64,000 nt of DNA, from the NCBI GenBank assembly GCA_946965045.2, contig OX337236.1:744001-808000 (forward strand), given 5' to 3'. The notes beneath the pieces are model-generated. The model made no database searches and was not told where the DNA came from. It saw only the letters and a program-made list of their open reading frames with translations. The stretch is from Epithemia pelagica (lineage: Eukaryota > Protista > Bacillariophyta). Positions 23,267 through 34,006 of the stretch are shown here, piece after piece (within the stretch, counting starts at the first letter, position 1; each line of letters begins with the position of its first letter). Made by a program: the position numbers and the translations under genes.

Positions 23267-26101
23267 TCATAAAAATCCAAAGAAGAAGCAACATTTTTCT
23301 CTGGTCATGGATACTACTATGACCGTTCCACGGCTATTTGAGGTTGATGTGGCAGGGAGTTGGTTTTGGGATCCCTTTTTTGTCCTTATTTCATAAGGCG
23401 ACTTCCCTTCCTGGAGAAAGGTGACATGATCTTCTTCAAGACCTGTTGCTTCCTGCAGCATTTCCAAGCTTTGCATCCACCAGATATTTTCTGCAAGTTG
23501 CGACTCAAAAATTCCTTTTCCACGTTTCTGTACCGTTTTTGCATTCAATTTCACAATTTCCTTATGATTACTTTCCTCTGACTCCACATCAAGCAGTCGT
23601 GCTGGTCCAAAATTCTGAATCTGTTGTATAATGTGTATGAGATTGTGGAATTTTGGTATCATCCACCCGTTGGACATCAATTTGCCTTTTTTATCGAGCC
23701 TAGGTGCATATCTCCTGATGCCATCCATCAAAATCCGCACTGATTCGAGAGACTTGGATGCTGTTGTTTGTCCTTCTTGTGAGTCTGGGTCTGTTTCCCA
23801 GAATGTATCCATACGAATCCAGCTGTTGAAACACAAAAGAGTCTCGAATAGATGCAGGAAGTCTATGTATGGTTCCCGCTCATCAACATCCCAGATAGAC
23901 CTGTAAGCAACTGGGTCATCATCAAAAACAGTTTCAGCTGTGATATCAATGTCAACACTATCATCATCATCAAGACGTGTACGTTCGTACTCTTCATCTG
24001 GTGGAGTATCATCCTCATTGTCAGCAATAGGTTCACTTGTCTCTTGCACTTGATCCACGTCCGCTTGACATGTCTTGTTGGTGGTTTTGGATTTTTGCTT
24101 TGCTTGACGTTTTTTCCATTCCGCAACCACCTTGTTCCATTTCTTTGCCATATTCTTCGCAAATATAAGGCGACCTCTGGCAGTGGCACATAGAGCTGCT
24201 GAAGCAAACATGATGCCTACCCACTCATTGGCAGTTACTTTTGACAGGTTACTGATCCCGGTCGAGAATGATGTTCCGGGATATCCAAGTTTCGATGAAT
24301 ACGAGAATACAGTCTGTCTACTTGCCCGAAAGATTGAATTGTAGACATAATCAAACATGGCCCGTTCAGTTTTTGTCATCAACGTGAAAAAGTCAATCAT
24401 GATGTATCTCATTATCCCAGATTTCAATGTATGAAGAACATCACAACTACTGGCCGAGAAAATCCCATGTTCAGAATTGGTTCCTTCACCCAGGTAAACC
24501 TTGGAAAAACAAAGATCGACTGCATATTGTCCCATGTCATGCAATTGGGTTTTTGCAGCTGACACAAGGGTATTGACCCCTCCATCTCTGCTATTTTCTT
24601 GACTCACTTGCGATGTGCTCAAACAGGTAGGAACAGTCAAAGTCGAAAATGTATCATTGTCTCTCTCTTGGTAATCAACATCCTGTTCAGTCAGTTTTTC
24701 TCGATTTTCATTAAGACCCAATGCATTCAAGCACATTTTGTATGTACTTGCAGCGTTGATATAAGAACATTCATGCCATGGGTATCTGCTATCCCTTGGT
24801 TTAATGTTGCAACACCATGATAGTCTTCCAACACTTGGATGATGCGAGGCATACCGACCTGCAAGGTTATCCTGAGACTTCCCGTCTCCTTTGACAACAA
24901 TCATTGGCAATATCAAACGGACAACTTTGATAATCCCATGGAGGCGTAGTTTCATCCATAAACCTTCCTGTTTTTGGATACTGACAAGACCTTCGAGGAT
25001 CTTAGTCAATTGAGCATGATAATTTCGGCAAGGAGTCCCTTTATCGAGGATATGTTTTGCCGCCGATGATTTTCTTTCCATGTCTGTAATAGTCCCAAGG
25101 ATGATCTGTCGCCTTGCTTTCCTCATTTGTGTTTCCGTTAGAAAAGATGGCACCATTACAACAGGCTCCGACGTATATCTTCCATCCCCTGTTGCATGTG
25201 TTTTGTCCATATAACAGACAAGACCAACCACGAAGGCATCTGGATCATCTCTATATTTTTCCACTGTTTTCCGAAATACTTCTCCGTCTTGTATATTTTG
25301 GATGTGCTTGTTTGGAACATATGGACGATACGGATCGTCATCATCAAGGATCGTATTTTCTTTCTTGGTTGCATCGGGGTCTTGTAATACACGCTGTAGT
25401 TGACTGATCAAATCAAATACTGCTGTTGTTATTGATTTCTCACTCTCTGGTACAACCACACCCTGTTTTTGGGTGAATTCCATTGGTACCGGGAAAAATT
25501 TTGCCTTGGGATAATTGAAACCTTTGGTAGAAAACTTTTCGATGAACGTTTTCCTCTTTGAATGGTTGTCCAGGAAGAACCCAGGACCGCATCTTGAGTA
25601 TGTGTCACTCGACCATGCCAGGATCGAATTGTACAAATATTTGGGGCAACCAGCTTTCCGAAGTAACATCATAAGTGAGACCAAGGCTGCATCGTGTTTA
25701 TGAAGTTTCAATTGCTTCCCATCTCTATCAAGGAACGCAGGAAAATCAACCGGGCACTCCTTGCTGTTGCGCAGAATAATATTATCTGTATCACCAGGTA
25801 CATAGTATGCTTTTGGTGGGTCAGCATGCGGAATAGTGGTTTCGTCGTCCATGATATCAATATTCATTGGATCAGCATTCATGTTACTGGCACAATCATT
25901 GTTGTCATCGCCAACATTTGGCCATTTCCTTTGTGTGTTCATTTTCAATTCACAAACTGTTTCGTGACGGCTGATTCCTCTTGCATCGAAACGTGATTGA
26001 CAGAAACGACACACTTGAAAGGATATGAAGGACTCCTCTTGTTGGCTTGTATTTGAGCATCTCTTTCGTGACTTCTTTTTTACTTTACGACGTTGGCCCA
26101 T
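23267..26101 (-). CDS. Plavaka-family transposase, 944 aa (3' end may be spliced or degenerate)
   Basis: N-terminal C2HC finger CRFCQSRFDARGISRHETVC. Motifs GLVCYMDKTHATGDGRYTSEPV (cf. Plavaka xxSDKTxL…PVY), KGDGKSQDNL, CDVLHTLKSGI and IPKFHNLIHIIQQIQNFGPARLLDVESEESNHKEIVK (cf. KxHxLxHY…I..FG…TE..E..H…K). Confidence 0.85.
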   Translation of the reverse strand: MGQRRKVKKKSRKRCSNTSQQEESFISFQVCRFCQSRFDARGISRHETVCELKMNTQRKWPNVGDDNNDCASNMNADPMNIDIMDDETTIPHADPPKAYYVPGDTDNIILRNSKECPVDFPAFLDRDGKQLKLHKHDAALVSLMMLLRKAGCPKYLYNSILAWSSDTYSRCGPGFFLDNHSKRKTFIEKFSTKGFNYPKAKFFPVPMEFTQKQGVVVPESEKSITTAVFDLISQLQRVLQDPDATKKENTILDDDDPYRPYVPNKHIQNIQDGEVFRKTVEKYRDDPDAFVVGLVCYMDKTHATGDGRYTSEPVVMVPSFLTETQMRKARRQIILGTITDMERKSSAAKHILDKGTPCRNYHAQLTKILEGLVSIQKQEGLWMKLRLHGIIKVVRLILPMIVVKGDGKSQDNLAGRYASHHPSVGRLSWCCNIKPRDSRYPWHECSYINAASTYKMCLNALGLNENREKLTEQDVDYQERDNDTFSTLTVPTCLSTSQVSQENSRDGGVNTLVSAAKTQLHDMGQYAVDLCFSKVYLGEGTNSEHGIFSASSCDVLHTLKSGIMRYIMIDFFTLMTKTERAMFDYVYNSIFRASRQTVFSYSSKLGYPGTSFSTGISNLSKVTANEWVGIMFASAALCATARGRLIFAKNMAKKWNKVVAEWKKRQAKQKSKTTNKTCQADVDQVQETSEPIADNEDDTPPDEEYERTRLDDDDSVDIDITAETVFDDDPVAYRSIWDVDEREPYIDFLHLFETLLCFNSWIRMDTFWETDPDSQEGQTTASKSLESVRILMDGIRRYAPRLDKKGKLMSNGWMIPKFHNLIHIIQQIQNFGPARLLDVESEESNHKEIVKLNAKTVQKRGKGIFESQLAENIWWMQSLEMLQEATGLEEDHVTFLQEGKSPYEIRTKKGSQNQLPATSTSNSRGTVIVVSMTREKCCFFFGFL

Positions 26102-26665
26102 GATGGTACGATGCTGGTGGTTTTAGATTTTGGTTTGGAATGAAAAATGCTCTGTAATCGATTTCTGCAAATTGAGACATCGGTGGTCAATCTTGTGGTA
26201 TATATCAGAATTTCTCCGCATTGGGTGGATCGGCCGACGTTGGTGCATAAAAGCGACTGAAAATCGCTTATGTACATGAACGGATCATAATATTTTCAAA
26301 CGGTCGTGTGTATTTACTTAATCCAATCCAGCCTGCCGGGTTAGATACCAACGGTGATAGCAGCGATTGGAATTCAAACACTGTGTCAATGCCGAGGATA
26401 CCGACACTGTCGACATTAGTAAGGAAATGACAATCATTCAAACCCATGCACTAATGTTCCATGTTTCAAGTACGATGTACTTGAAACCACCTATGCTCAT
26501 CTTCATACGTTCTCCAAAGGAACATCGTTCAAACACGGAGTTTATGATTCAAACATGGAGCATTCCAGCATTTGAATTTGAATGGTTGTCCATCAGAGGA
26601 CTTGTTGTTACCCTGCTCTTGTTCACATCCTTGTCATAAATCAGACGGAGCATCCAAGATAAACG

Positions 26666-28658
26666 ATGGCAGGAGTCACCACCAGAAATGCAGCTCCAAC
26701 GAGGCGTCGACCCTTAGCAGTCCGAAATGCAAACTATGGAAGTAATCAGAAAGAGGTTGAACGACAACGAAGAAGCATCTTGGCAGCAGTGGCAACAAGA
26801 AATAAAGAGAATCTTCCTAACAAGGACGGGACAATTACAAACAAAGATGCTCTTATTGCAGCAGCCAATGGAGGTTCAGTACTCCAAGAAGATAGTTCTG
26901 ATGACGAGGAAGAAGAGGAACAGATCTCGATGAACAACGATCAAGCACAAGCACAAGAAGGCACAACTGTGGAAGGGAGTGGTAATCTTTTGGAGCAGGC
27001 AACAAATTCAGAAAGAGATGGAGCCGATGTGACTTCAGCAGATGATAGCAATAATGAACAGGGTGGGCTGAGAACACAACCATCATCTGGTTTTGCGCAA
27101 CCAACAAACATGGCAGTTAATAACATGGAGGAAGACGACGTCGGTGTAAATATTCTCACTGGACCTGAAATGCAACGAGCATTGCAGAATATGAACAATG
27201 GACCCAGTGAGTATGATGGAGATGATTTTGATCCTAATGAGAGACATTTTCCTGCTGGAGGACTTGTCAGTAAGTTGTTAGATGCACAAAATGGAGGGGG
27301 ACAATTTGTCGGTGAGACGGCTCTAATGATGGGGGTGTTTGTGGGTTGAATGCATCAGGTGATACCTTTGCTAACGACGTTTCTTCCCTTTCGGATATGT
27401 CGTCATCTTCGTCATCTACTTTGCTAACAACAGGGCCTGATCAGGCGATGGAAACTCTTCTACAAGACGATATTCAAAATCAGTTGGCACAGGAAACACA
27501 GACAACAACAGTACACCATAATCAATCATCTTGCCCGACAAGTACGATTGTAACATCCACTACACACAAAGGTTCTGTTGAAAAGGACAAGAATAAGAAG
27601 CAAAAGCCGAAGAAAAAGCCTGAGGTGGTATCGGAGAAGTTCTTTGATACATTTGTTCGGAAGGTGGCATGGCGTTATGTCAAGTATTTCTCCATGTCCG
27701 AAGATACTAAGGCAGATCCGAATGGTCTTTGGGGGAAGTATGGCAAAACATATTTTACTGAGCACTATTTCAAAGGCAAAGGTATTACGGATGCAAAACA
27801 ACAAGAGGAGTGGTGGATTGAACATTCACCTTATATGCTTGACAAGTTCCGAAGCAAACGATCAAATGTTCTGGCTTCCATGCGAAAAGCATTTATAAGT
27901 AAGTTTCAATCGAAGAGTGAATGTGTTGGTTCATCACGTCGTCTTCTCATAAAGAGATGTGAGATAATTTGTTGCTGAATCTAGAACATGTGGGTCTTGA
28001 TCTATGGCGTGACAGTAATTTCCAGCGGAGGTATCCATGCCTTTTGAACGACTGTGAAGACTTTGGGCCAATGCCTACCCTGGAAGAATTTCTGTTATTG
28101 AGAGGAGAGAAGTGTGACAACTATGCCTATTCATATCTCTTGCAATTGTTTGGTCCATGTGTCTATGGTGAGAATATGCATAAAACCGTGATTGATTTCA
28201 ATTTTGGTGACCACACTGAGCAGCAGGGAAAGGAACATTGCGAAAAGGCCTTGAAGTTATTCACTTCAAGTGACGAGGCATTCATATTGACCATCCTTGT
28301 GGATTGCTGGGATGTGTGGACTCACATGGGCAAGACCACTTTCAAGGCGAAACTATTTGAATTAAATCCAAGGTGGTACAATGAAAATGGTGTTGATCAA
28401 ATGATTGATACATCCTCAGCAAGGTATCCTCGCTTCAAATATTCAGGCAGTTGGAACTCAAGTCGATGTATGAATGAGGATGGTATGGACTATTTTGAGG
28501 ATATGGAAGAGAAAATCGCTCGTGAAGACAGAGCAGGCGACCGCGGTATCTGGTTCATGATGTTTCTCAATGGGCAATATCGCTCTCGAATGGGGTATGC
28601 AGATGATGATGCTGTGACAAGGCCTTCTAAAAGGCCACGAAAACGGTCGTGGCAGTGA
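26666..28658 (+). CDS. 605-aa uncharacterised transposon accessory protein (exons 26666-27269, 27359-27898, 27985-28658)
   Basis: Two phase-1 introns: GTAAGT…CATCAG (89 bp, CTAAT branch site) and GTAAGT…AATCTAG (86 bp). They join three listed ORFs in frame. Acidic N-terminus; C-terminal domain with TSSDEAFILTIL…W and SW…GMDYFEDM…R. Confidence 0.8.
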
Positions 28659-28858
28659 TTGATCAGAGTGACAATTGGTTTCATTTCATATACTACTCCT
28701 ATATAGCTACATGTATTGTGTTCCATTCATTCGCTGGTTGTTAGTGGGAGTGTGTGCATGGTGTTAGTTAAATGCACTGTGTTCAACTTGCTTGCACTTG
28801 ATGCTGGAGTAATGCGCATGATGGTGATGTGACACAATCAAGGATGAGTGCATACATT

Positions 28859-29070
28859 GGAGGGTATGTGATGACTGTTGGTTCTTGACTGTGCATGAAG
28901 GTGGAGGGATGTGATGACTATTGGTTCTTGACTGTGCATGGTGTTGAAGTTGGTGAAATGTGGGTCATGCGCTTGCTGGTTCTGGAAAGCACATTTTTAG
29001 TAATAACGTGAGGAAGGGCCATGCGCATGTTCTTGTAGGTGTGCGCGTGTTCTTGTAGGTGTGCGCGTGT
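28859..29070. repeat. Subterminal short direct repeats in the right arm
   Basis: ~39-bp pair ggaggg(t)atgtgatgact(g/a)ttggttcttgactgtgcatg (28859, 28903) and a 20-bp tandem gcgc(a/g)tgttcttgtaggtgt repeated ~2.5 times (29022-29070). Confidence 0.75.
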
Positions 29071-29168
29071 CCTGCGCGCGGATGATTCTAGTAGGATGCG
29101 CTTAGGGGTGCTTTCTTATCGATAATTAAACCGCCATAAACTGGCGTACCGTTCCTTCCTTAGATGTC

Positions 29169-32100
29169 AGCAACATCTTGTCAACTTCTACGACAAAGTC
29201 AAGTCCTAAAGTCAAGTTCAAGTCTTCTGCCGATCACAAGCAAAAGGTTCATATGTCACGGTATCTATTCTCCCGCAAATCCACCTTTTCTGGTAATCAA
29301 CTCATCGATCGAGGTGCCAATGGAGGCCTTGCAGGATCTGACATGCGCATCCTTGCCAAAACCGGACGTCATATTACCATCGTAGGTATTGACAATCATG
29401 AATTGACTGGCCTTCCAGTTGTTACCTGTGCTGCCAAGTTTGATACAAGTGATGGACCCATTATTGGTATCTTCAATGAGTATGCCCACTATGGAAAGGG
29501 TTTATCTATCCATGCCCCAGCGCAATTTGAACATTTCGGCCTATCTGTCGACGAACAATCCGTCAAGGTTGATGGCAAACAACGCATTACTACCCTTGAT
29601 GGACGTGCATTGCCCTTACGAATCAAGGATGGCCTTGCATACATTCAATCTCTGGGAATCCCTTCTGATGACGATATGGATAAATATCCGCATATTGTGT
29701 TCACTTCACCCCATATCTGGGATCCTTCTGTACTTGACCATACCCATCCAGACCCCCATCAAGACCCTGCACCGAACTGGACATCTGTGGAGACTGATGG
29801 TAGTATGGAAACGTACCCCTATGACCAATATGGGGAGTATACCGATCGCGTTGTATGCACTTTGAATCTCCTCCTTGATCTCCCATATGATCATGGCCCC
29901 GATACACCTTCCTTCTTTTCCATCTATGCTGATCAAGATGGCAACGACCCCACACTTCATGCGTCTGTCCACAAGCTCTACAAGGAACAATACGACTGGA
30001 AGAAATTTCGCCCTTTCTTTGGGTGGCAATCGGAAGATGTAATCGCAGATACGTTCAAGCATACAACTCGTCATGGACACATTTCCTTTGACCAGGATAC
30101 CTTGAAGAAACATTTTAAGGCCCGGAATCCTATCCTTAACCTACCACGACGGCATGAACCCGTTGCCACTGACTCCATCTTCTCCGACACCCCGGCTGTT
30201 AACCATGGTGGCAAGATTGCTCAGATTTTTGTTGGTCGTGATACTTTGGTTACTGACATTTATGGTATCAAGTCTACCAAGCAATTTGTCAATACCCTCC
30301 AGGATAACATTCGTACACGTGGTGTCATGGAGACTTTGATCAGTGATGGTGGTTCGTCACTTATTTCCCACAAGGTCAAGGATATTCTTCGCACCCTTCT
30401 GATTGGTGAATACCGTTCCGAGCCCTATCATCAACACCAGAACAAGGCTGAGAACCGCTACCAGACCGTTAAGCGTATGACCAACGCTATCATGAATGCC
30501 TCTGGTTGCCCTGCTTCTGCATGGTTACTTTGTTTAGAATATGTGTGTGACCTCCTCAATCACACTTCCTCTCCCACCCACTCTGGCCGCACCCCTCTTG
30601 AGACTCTTACCGGTACCCCACCCGACATTACCCATCTCCTTTTCTTTCCTTTCTGGGATGAGGTCTACTATCGTGTCGACCCTTCTGAACCTACCTCCGG
30701 TTCTTACCCTTCGTCTCCCGACGAGAAGCTTGGCCACTGGGTTGGTTTTGCCCACAATGTTGGTGATGCCTTTACTTGGAAGATCCTCACTGCCGACAAC
30801 GTCATCATCTACCGTTCCGCTGTCCGGCGCGTTGCCTCCACTACCCCCAACCTTCGTGTGGATATCTCTTCAGGGGAGGAGTCGCCGCATAAACCCACTG
30901 ACAAGCAAGGTGACACTGTCTTTATTCGCAGCAGAAGTGAAGACCCATCCACACCTATGCCAACAATTGACTATGACGATTTAGTTGGACGCACATTCCT
31001 TTGTGACACTGAAGAGAATGGGGAGCGCCACCGAGCACGAGTAATCAAACGAGTTGTCGACCTGGAACAAGATGCAACCAAACAAGAAGATCGACTCAAA
31101 TACATCTTTCGCAAGTCTAACTCCAATGTTGATGAGATGATCTCCTACAACCAGCTCATGGAATACATTGAAAGGGATAATCAAGCCCAAACGACAGGGG
31201 ATAGTCTCTTCCGATTCAGAGACGTTATTGCACACCAAGGACCTTTGAATTCAAGCGACCCAGACTATAAAGGGAGTAAATATAATGTCCTTGTTGATTG
31301 GGAGACTGGGGAGACGACATACGAACCTCTATCTCTTATTGCAAATGATGACCCCATCACAGTCGCCATCTATGCCAAGAAAAATGGTTTGCTGGATCTA
31401 CCTGGATGGAAACATCTCAAGCGATACGTTAAGACAAGCAAAAGACTCATTCGAGCAGCTAAACAATCCAGGATCAAACAAGTTCGTCGCTCTATCAAGT
31501 ACAAGTTTGGTTTCCAAGTACCTCGCACCTATGAAGAAGCAGTGGAACTAGACAAGCAGTTTGGGAACACGAAATGGCAAGACGCAACAGAATTGGAACT
31601 CTCACAGATCCAATCGTATAACACTTTCAAGAACCATGGAAAAGCCAAGTTCATTAATGGGAAATTGGCCAATGCACCAGAAGGATATCATAAGATAAGA
31701 GTACATCTGGTCTTTGATGTCAAGCATGACGGAAGGCACAAGGCACGACTTGTCGCAGATGGACATCTCACCAAGGAACCCGTTGAGACCATCTATTCAG
31801 GGGTTGTCTCCATTCGCAACCTTCGCATTGCCATATTTCTTGGAACCATGAACGACATGGAAATATGGGGAGCAGATATTGGGAACGCATACCTAGAAGC
31901 ATTGACAGGAGAGAAGATTTTCATCATTGCAGGACCAGAGTTCAAGGAGTTAGAAGGACATATCTTGATCATCTACAAGGCATTATATGGTCTCAAATCC
32001 TCAGGTGCTCGCTGGCATGACAAACTGTTTGATGTTCTCATTGATATGGGATTTTCTCCAAGCAAGGCTGACCCTGATATTTGGATGAAGAAGGCTCCTG

Positions 32101-33257
32101 GAGAAGACTGTTATGAATACATCGCTGTATATGTTGATGACTTAGCTATCGTTGCCATGGACCCTGAAGCTGTCTGCAAGATCTTTACAGAAAAATACAA
32201 CTTCAAACTCAAAGGAGTCGGACCTATCGAGTATCATTTGGGGTGTCGTTATACCAAAGATCCAGACGGTACACTTGTGTCTGACCCACGAAGGTACATC
32301 GAGAAGATGATGGATACCTATGAACGATTGTTCAATGAGAAACCCAAGAAAGCAAAGCCGCCAGTCATTGCTAACGATCATCCTGAACTTGATGACTCTG
32401 AGCTTTTAGACGAAGAAGGGATCCAGCATTTCCAGACTCTTATTGGACAACTGCAATGGCTAATTACCATTGGCCGTTTTGATGTCTTCCCTGCTACCAT
32501 GACTCTATCAAGGTTCAGAGCTGCTCCAAGGATTGGTCATTTGAGGCGAGCTAAGCGCATCTATGGATACCTCATGTCATTTCCTGATGGATCTATCAGA
32601 TTCCGCACTGGGGAGCCAGATTTATCAGCTTTACCTATCCAAGAATACGATTGGAGTCGTACCGTATACATGGACGCCAAGGAACGTATCCCTGAGGACT
32701 GTCCAACCCCACTTGGGCGTTTTGTGACAACTATACATTATGTCGACGCAAATCTCATGCATGATATGGTTACTGGGAAAGCAGTTACAGCCATCCTGCA
32801 TTTTGTAAACGGTACACCCGTGGACTGGTACAGTAAGCGACAAGCCACAGTGGAAACAGCCACGTATGGATCTGAATTTGTTGCCGCAAGGACTGCAGTT
32901 GATCAGATCACGGAGCTACGCCTTACACTCCGATACTTGGGAGTCCCTCTGCGAGAGAAGAGTTACATGTTTGGAGATAACCGCTCTGTCGTTATCAATA
33001 GCACCACACCACACTCAATCATCTCCAAGAGGCACCATCTCCTATCCTATCACCGAGTCCGTGAAGCTATCGCTGCAAAGTACGTCGCATTCTACTGGAA
33101 AGATGGAAAGACAAACCCAGCTGATATCCTCAGTAAACATTGGGAATTCGCCGCAGTTTGGCCCATGCTCAGATCTTTGTTATTCTGGAGAGGAAAAATC
33201 CAGGAAAGTGATGAGGGAATTGACAAGCCTCATTCGACGAATTGTGGGGAGTGTTAG
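29169..33257 (+). CDS. pol: Copia pol part: protease, integrase, reverse transcriptase, RNase H
   Basis: PR LIDRGANGGL. IN ATDSIFSD, ISDGG, EPYHQHQNKAE. RT ADIGNAYL, YVDD. RH YVDANL, EFVA, GDNRS, ADILSK. No stops; the stop codon lies in the first 6 nt of the 3' LTR. Confidence 0.96.
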   Translation, partial: SNILSTSTTKSSPKVKFKSSADHKQKVHMSRYLFSRKSTFSGNQLIDRGANGGLAGSDMRILAKTGRHITIVGIDNHELTGLPVVTCAAKFDTSDGPIIGIFNEYAHYGKGLSIHAPAQFEHFGLSVDEQSVKVDGKQRITTLDGRALPLRIKDGLAYIQSLGIPSDDDMDKYPHIVFTSPHIWDPSVLDHTHPDPHQDPAPNWTSVETDGSMETYPYDQYGEYTDRVVCTLNLLLDLPYDHGPDTPSFFSIYADQDGNDPTLHASVHKLYKEQYDWKKFRPFFGWQSEDVIADTFKHTTRHGHISFDQDTLKKHFKARNPILNLPRRHEPVATDSIFSDTPAVNHGGKIAQIFVGRDTLVTDIYGIKSTKQFVNTLQDNIRTRGVMETLISDGGSSLISHKVKDILRTLLIGEYRSEPYHQHQNKAENRYQTVKRMTNAIMNASGCPASAWLLCLEYVCDLLNHTSSPTHSGRTPLETLTGTPPDITHLLFFPFWDEVYYRVDPSEPTSGSYPSSPDEKLGHWVGFAHNVGDAFTWKILTADNVIIYRSAVRRVASTTPNLRVDISSGEESPHKPTDKQGDTVFIRSRSEDPSTPMPTIDYDDLVGRTFLCDTEENGERHRARVIKRVVDLEQDATKQEDRLKYIFRKSNSNVDEMISYNQLMEYIERDNQAQTTGDSLFRFRDVIAHQGPLNSSDPDYKGSKYNVLVDWETGETTYEPLSLIANDDPITVAIYAKKNGLLDLPGWKHLKRYVKTSKRLIRAAKQSRIKQVRRSIKYKFGFQVPRTYEEAVELDKQFGNTKWQDATELELSQIQSYNTFKNHGKAKFINGKLANAPEGYHKIRVHLVFDVKHDGRHKARLVADGHLTKEPVETIYSGVVSIRNLRIAIFLGTMNDMEIWGADIGNAYLEALTGEKIFIIAGPEFKELEGHILIIYKALYGLKSSGARWHDKLFDVLIDMGFSPSKADPDIWMKKAPGEDCYEYIAVYVDDLAIVAMDPEAVCKIFTEKYNFKLKGVGPIEYHLGCRYTKDPDGTLVSDPRRYIEKMMDTYERLFNEKPKKAKPPVIANDHPELDDSELLDEEGIQHFQTLIGQLQWLITIGRFDVFPATMTLSRFRAAPRIGHLRRAKRIYGYLMSFPDGSIRFRTGEPDLSALPIQEYDWSRTVYMDAKERIPEDCPTPLGRFVTTIHYVDANLMHDMVTGKAVTAILHFVNGTPVDWYSKRQATVETATYGSEFVAARTAVDQITELRLTLRYLGVPLREKSYMFGDNRSVVINSTTPHSIISKRHHLLSYHRVREAIAAKYVAFYWKDGKTNPADILSKHWEFAAVWPMLRSLLFWRGKIQESDEGIDKPHSTNCGEC

Positions 33258-34006
33258 GATTCTCACCGAAAACTAGGTGAAACCTACAACTCATCGAATG
33301 ATGCTAGTATTTTATGGCATCCGATGACATTTTCCTAAAAGTGAGAAAAGAATGTCGGCATGCTCGCGAAACTATAAATTTGGCCACGGCATGCTCGCAG
33401 TGCACGCGTTATCGGCGACCGCTCGGATATTAACTATGGCCCAACACGTGCGCGCCCAAAACTATCACGTGCGCGCCTCTACTATCCGAGTACGCGCATC
33501 CACGATTCGACCTAACGGTCTATGTAATCAAAGCACGAATCACGATCACGCGAGACCATATCTCTGTTCCCACAAATCCAAGAATGCAAACAGCAACGCG
33601 CCCAGGACAAGACTTATACCACGACAAAGCAAGAGCTGTTGCATCCCATACATGTTATCCATCACCCTATACATTCAATATACACCAATGCCGGTCTACT
33701 CCAACCAGTGAGGACCTATCACACCAGATCCATGGCCGTATGCAAGAGCCAGGACTTCGGCACCGTCAACCACCTTAGTTAGTAATCATCTCACAATCAT
33801 TAATATCACCATTTTAACACTCATCTTAAGACTAACCTCTTATCAGTGGACCGACTGCCCCCACCCACGGCGGACTTCGACTTGCAACTCTTCTCTGACC
33901 CGTGGAGGATTGTTGTATCGGTTGGTGATTCGATTGTCGGCTCAGCGAGCCTTTTACCTATCCTACCTATCTGTCTAACCCCTGTTGAATCGAGAGAAGT
34001 TTATCA
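33252..34006 (+). repeat. 3' LTR (755 bp)
   Basis: Near-identical to 10530-11287; followed by the CCCAT TSD. Confidence 0.97.

Larger units (their letters stand above)
14009..29166. mobile_element. 15,158-bp Plavaka-type (CACTA/EnSpm-related) DNA transposon carrying a TET/JBP gene
   Basis: TIRs CATCTAAGGAGGGAA (14009-14023) and revcomp CATCTAAGGAAGGAA (29152-29166), 14/15 match. 2-bp TSD TC (14007-14008, 29167-29168). Removing the element plus one TSD restores the gag-pol frame (…ASDL|SNILSTSTTK…). Confidence 0.93.
10530..34006 (+). mobile_element. Ty1/copia LTR retrotransposon (CoDi-like), interrupted by a 15.2-kb DNA transposon
   Basis: LTRs TG...CA at 10530-11287 and 33252-34006. 5-bp TSD CCCAT (10525-10529, 34007-34011). 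PPT gtggggag at 33244-33251. Domain order gag-PR-IN-RT-RH. Confidence 0.97.
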
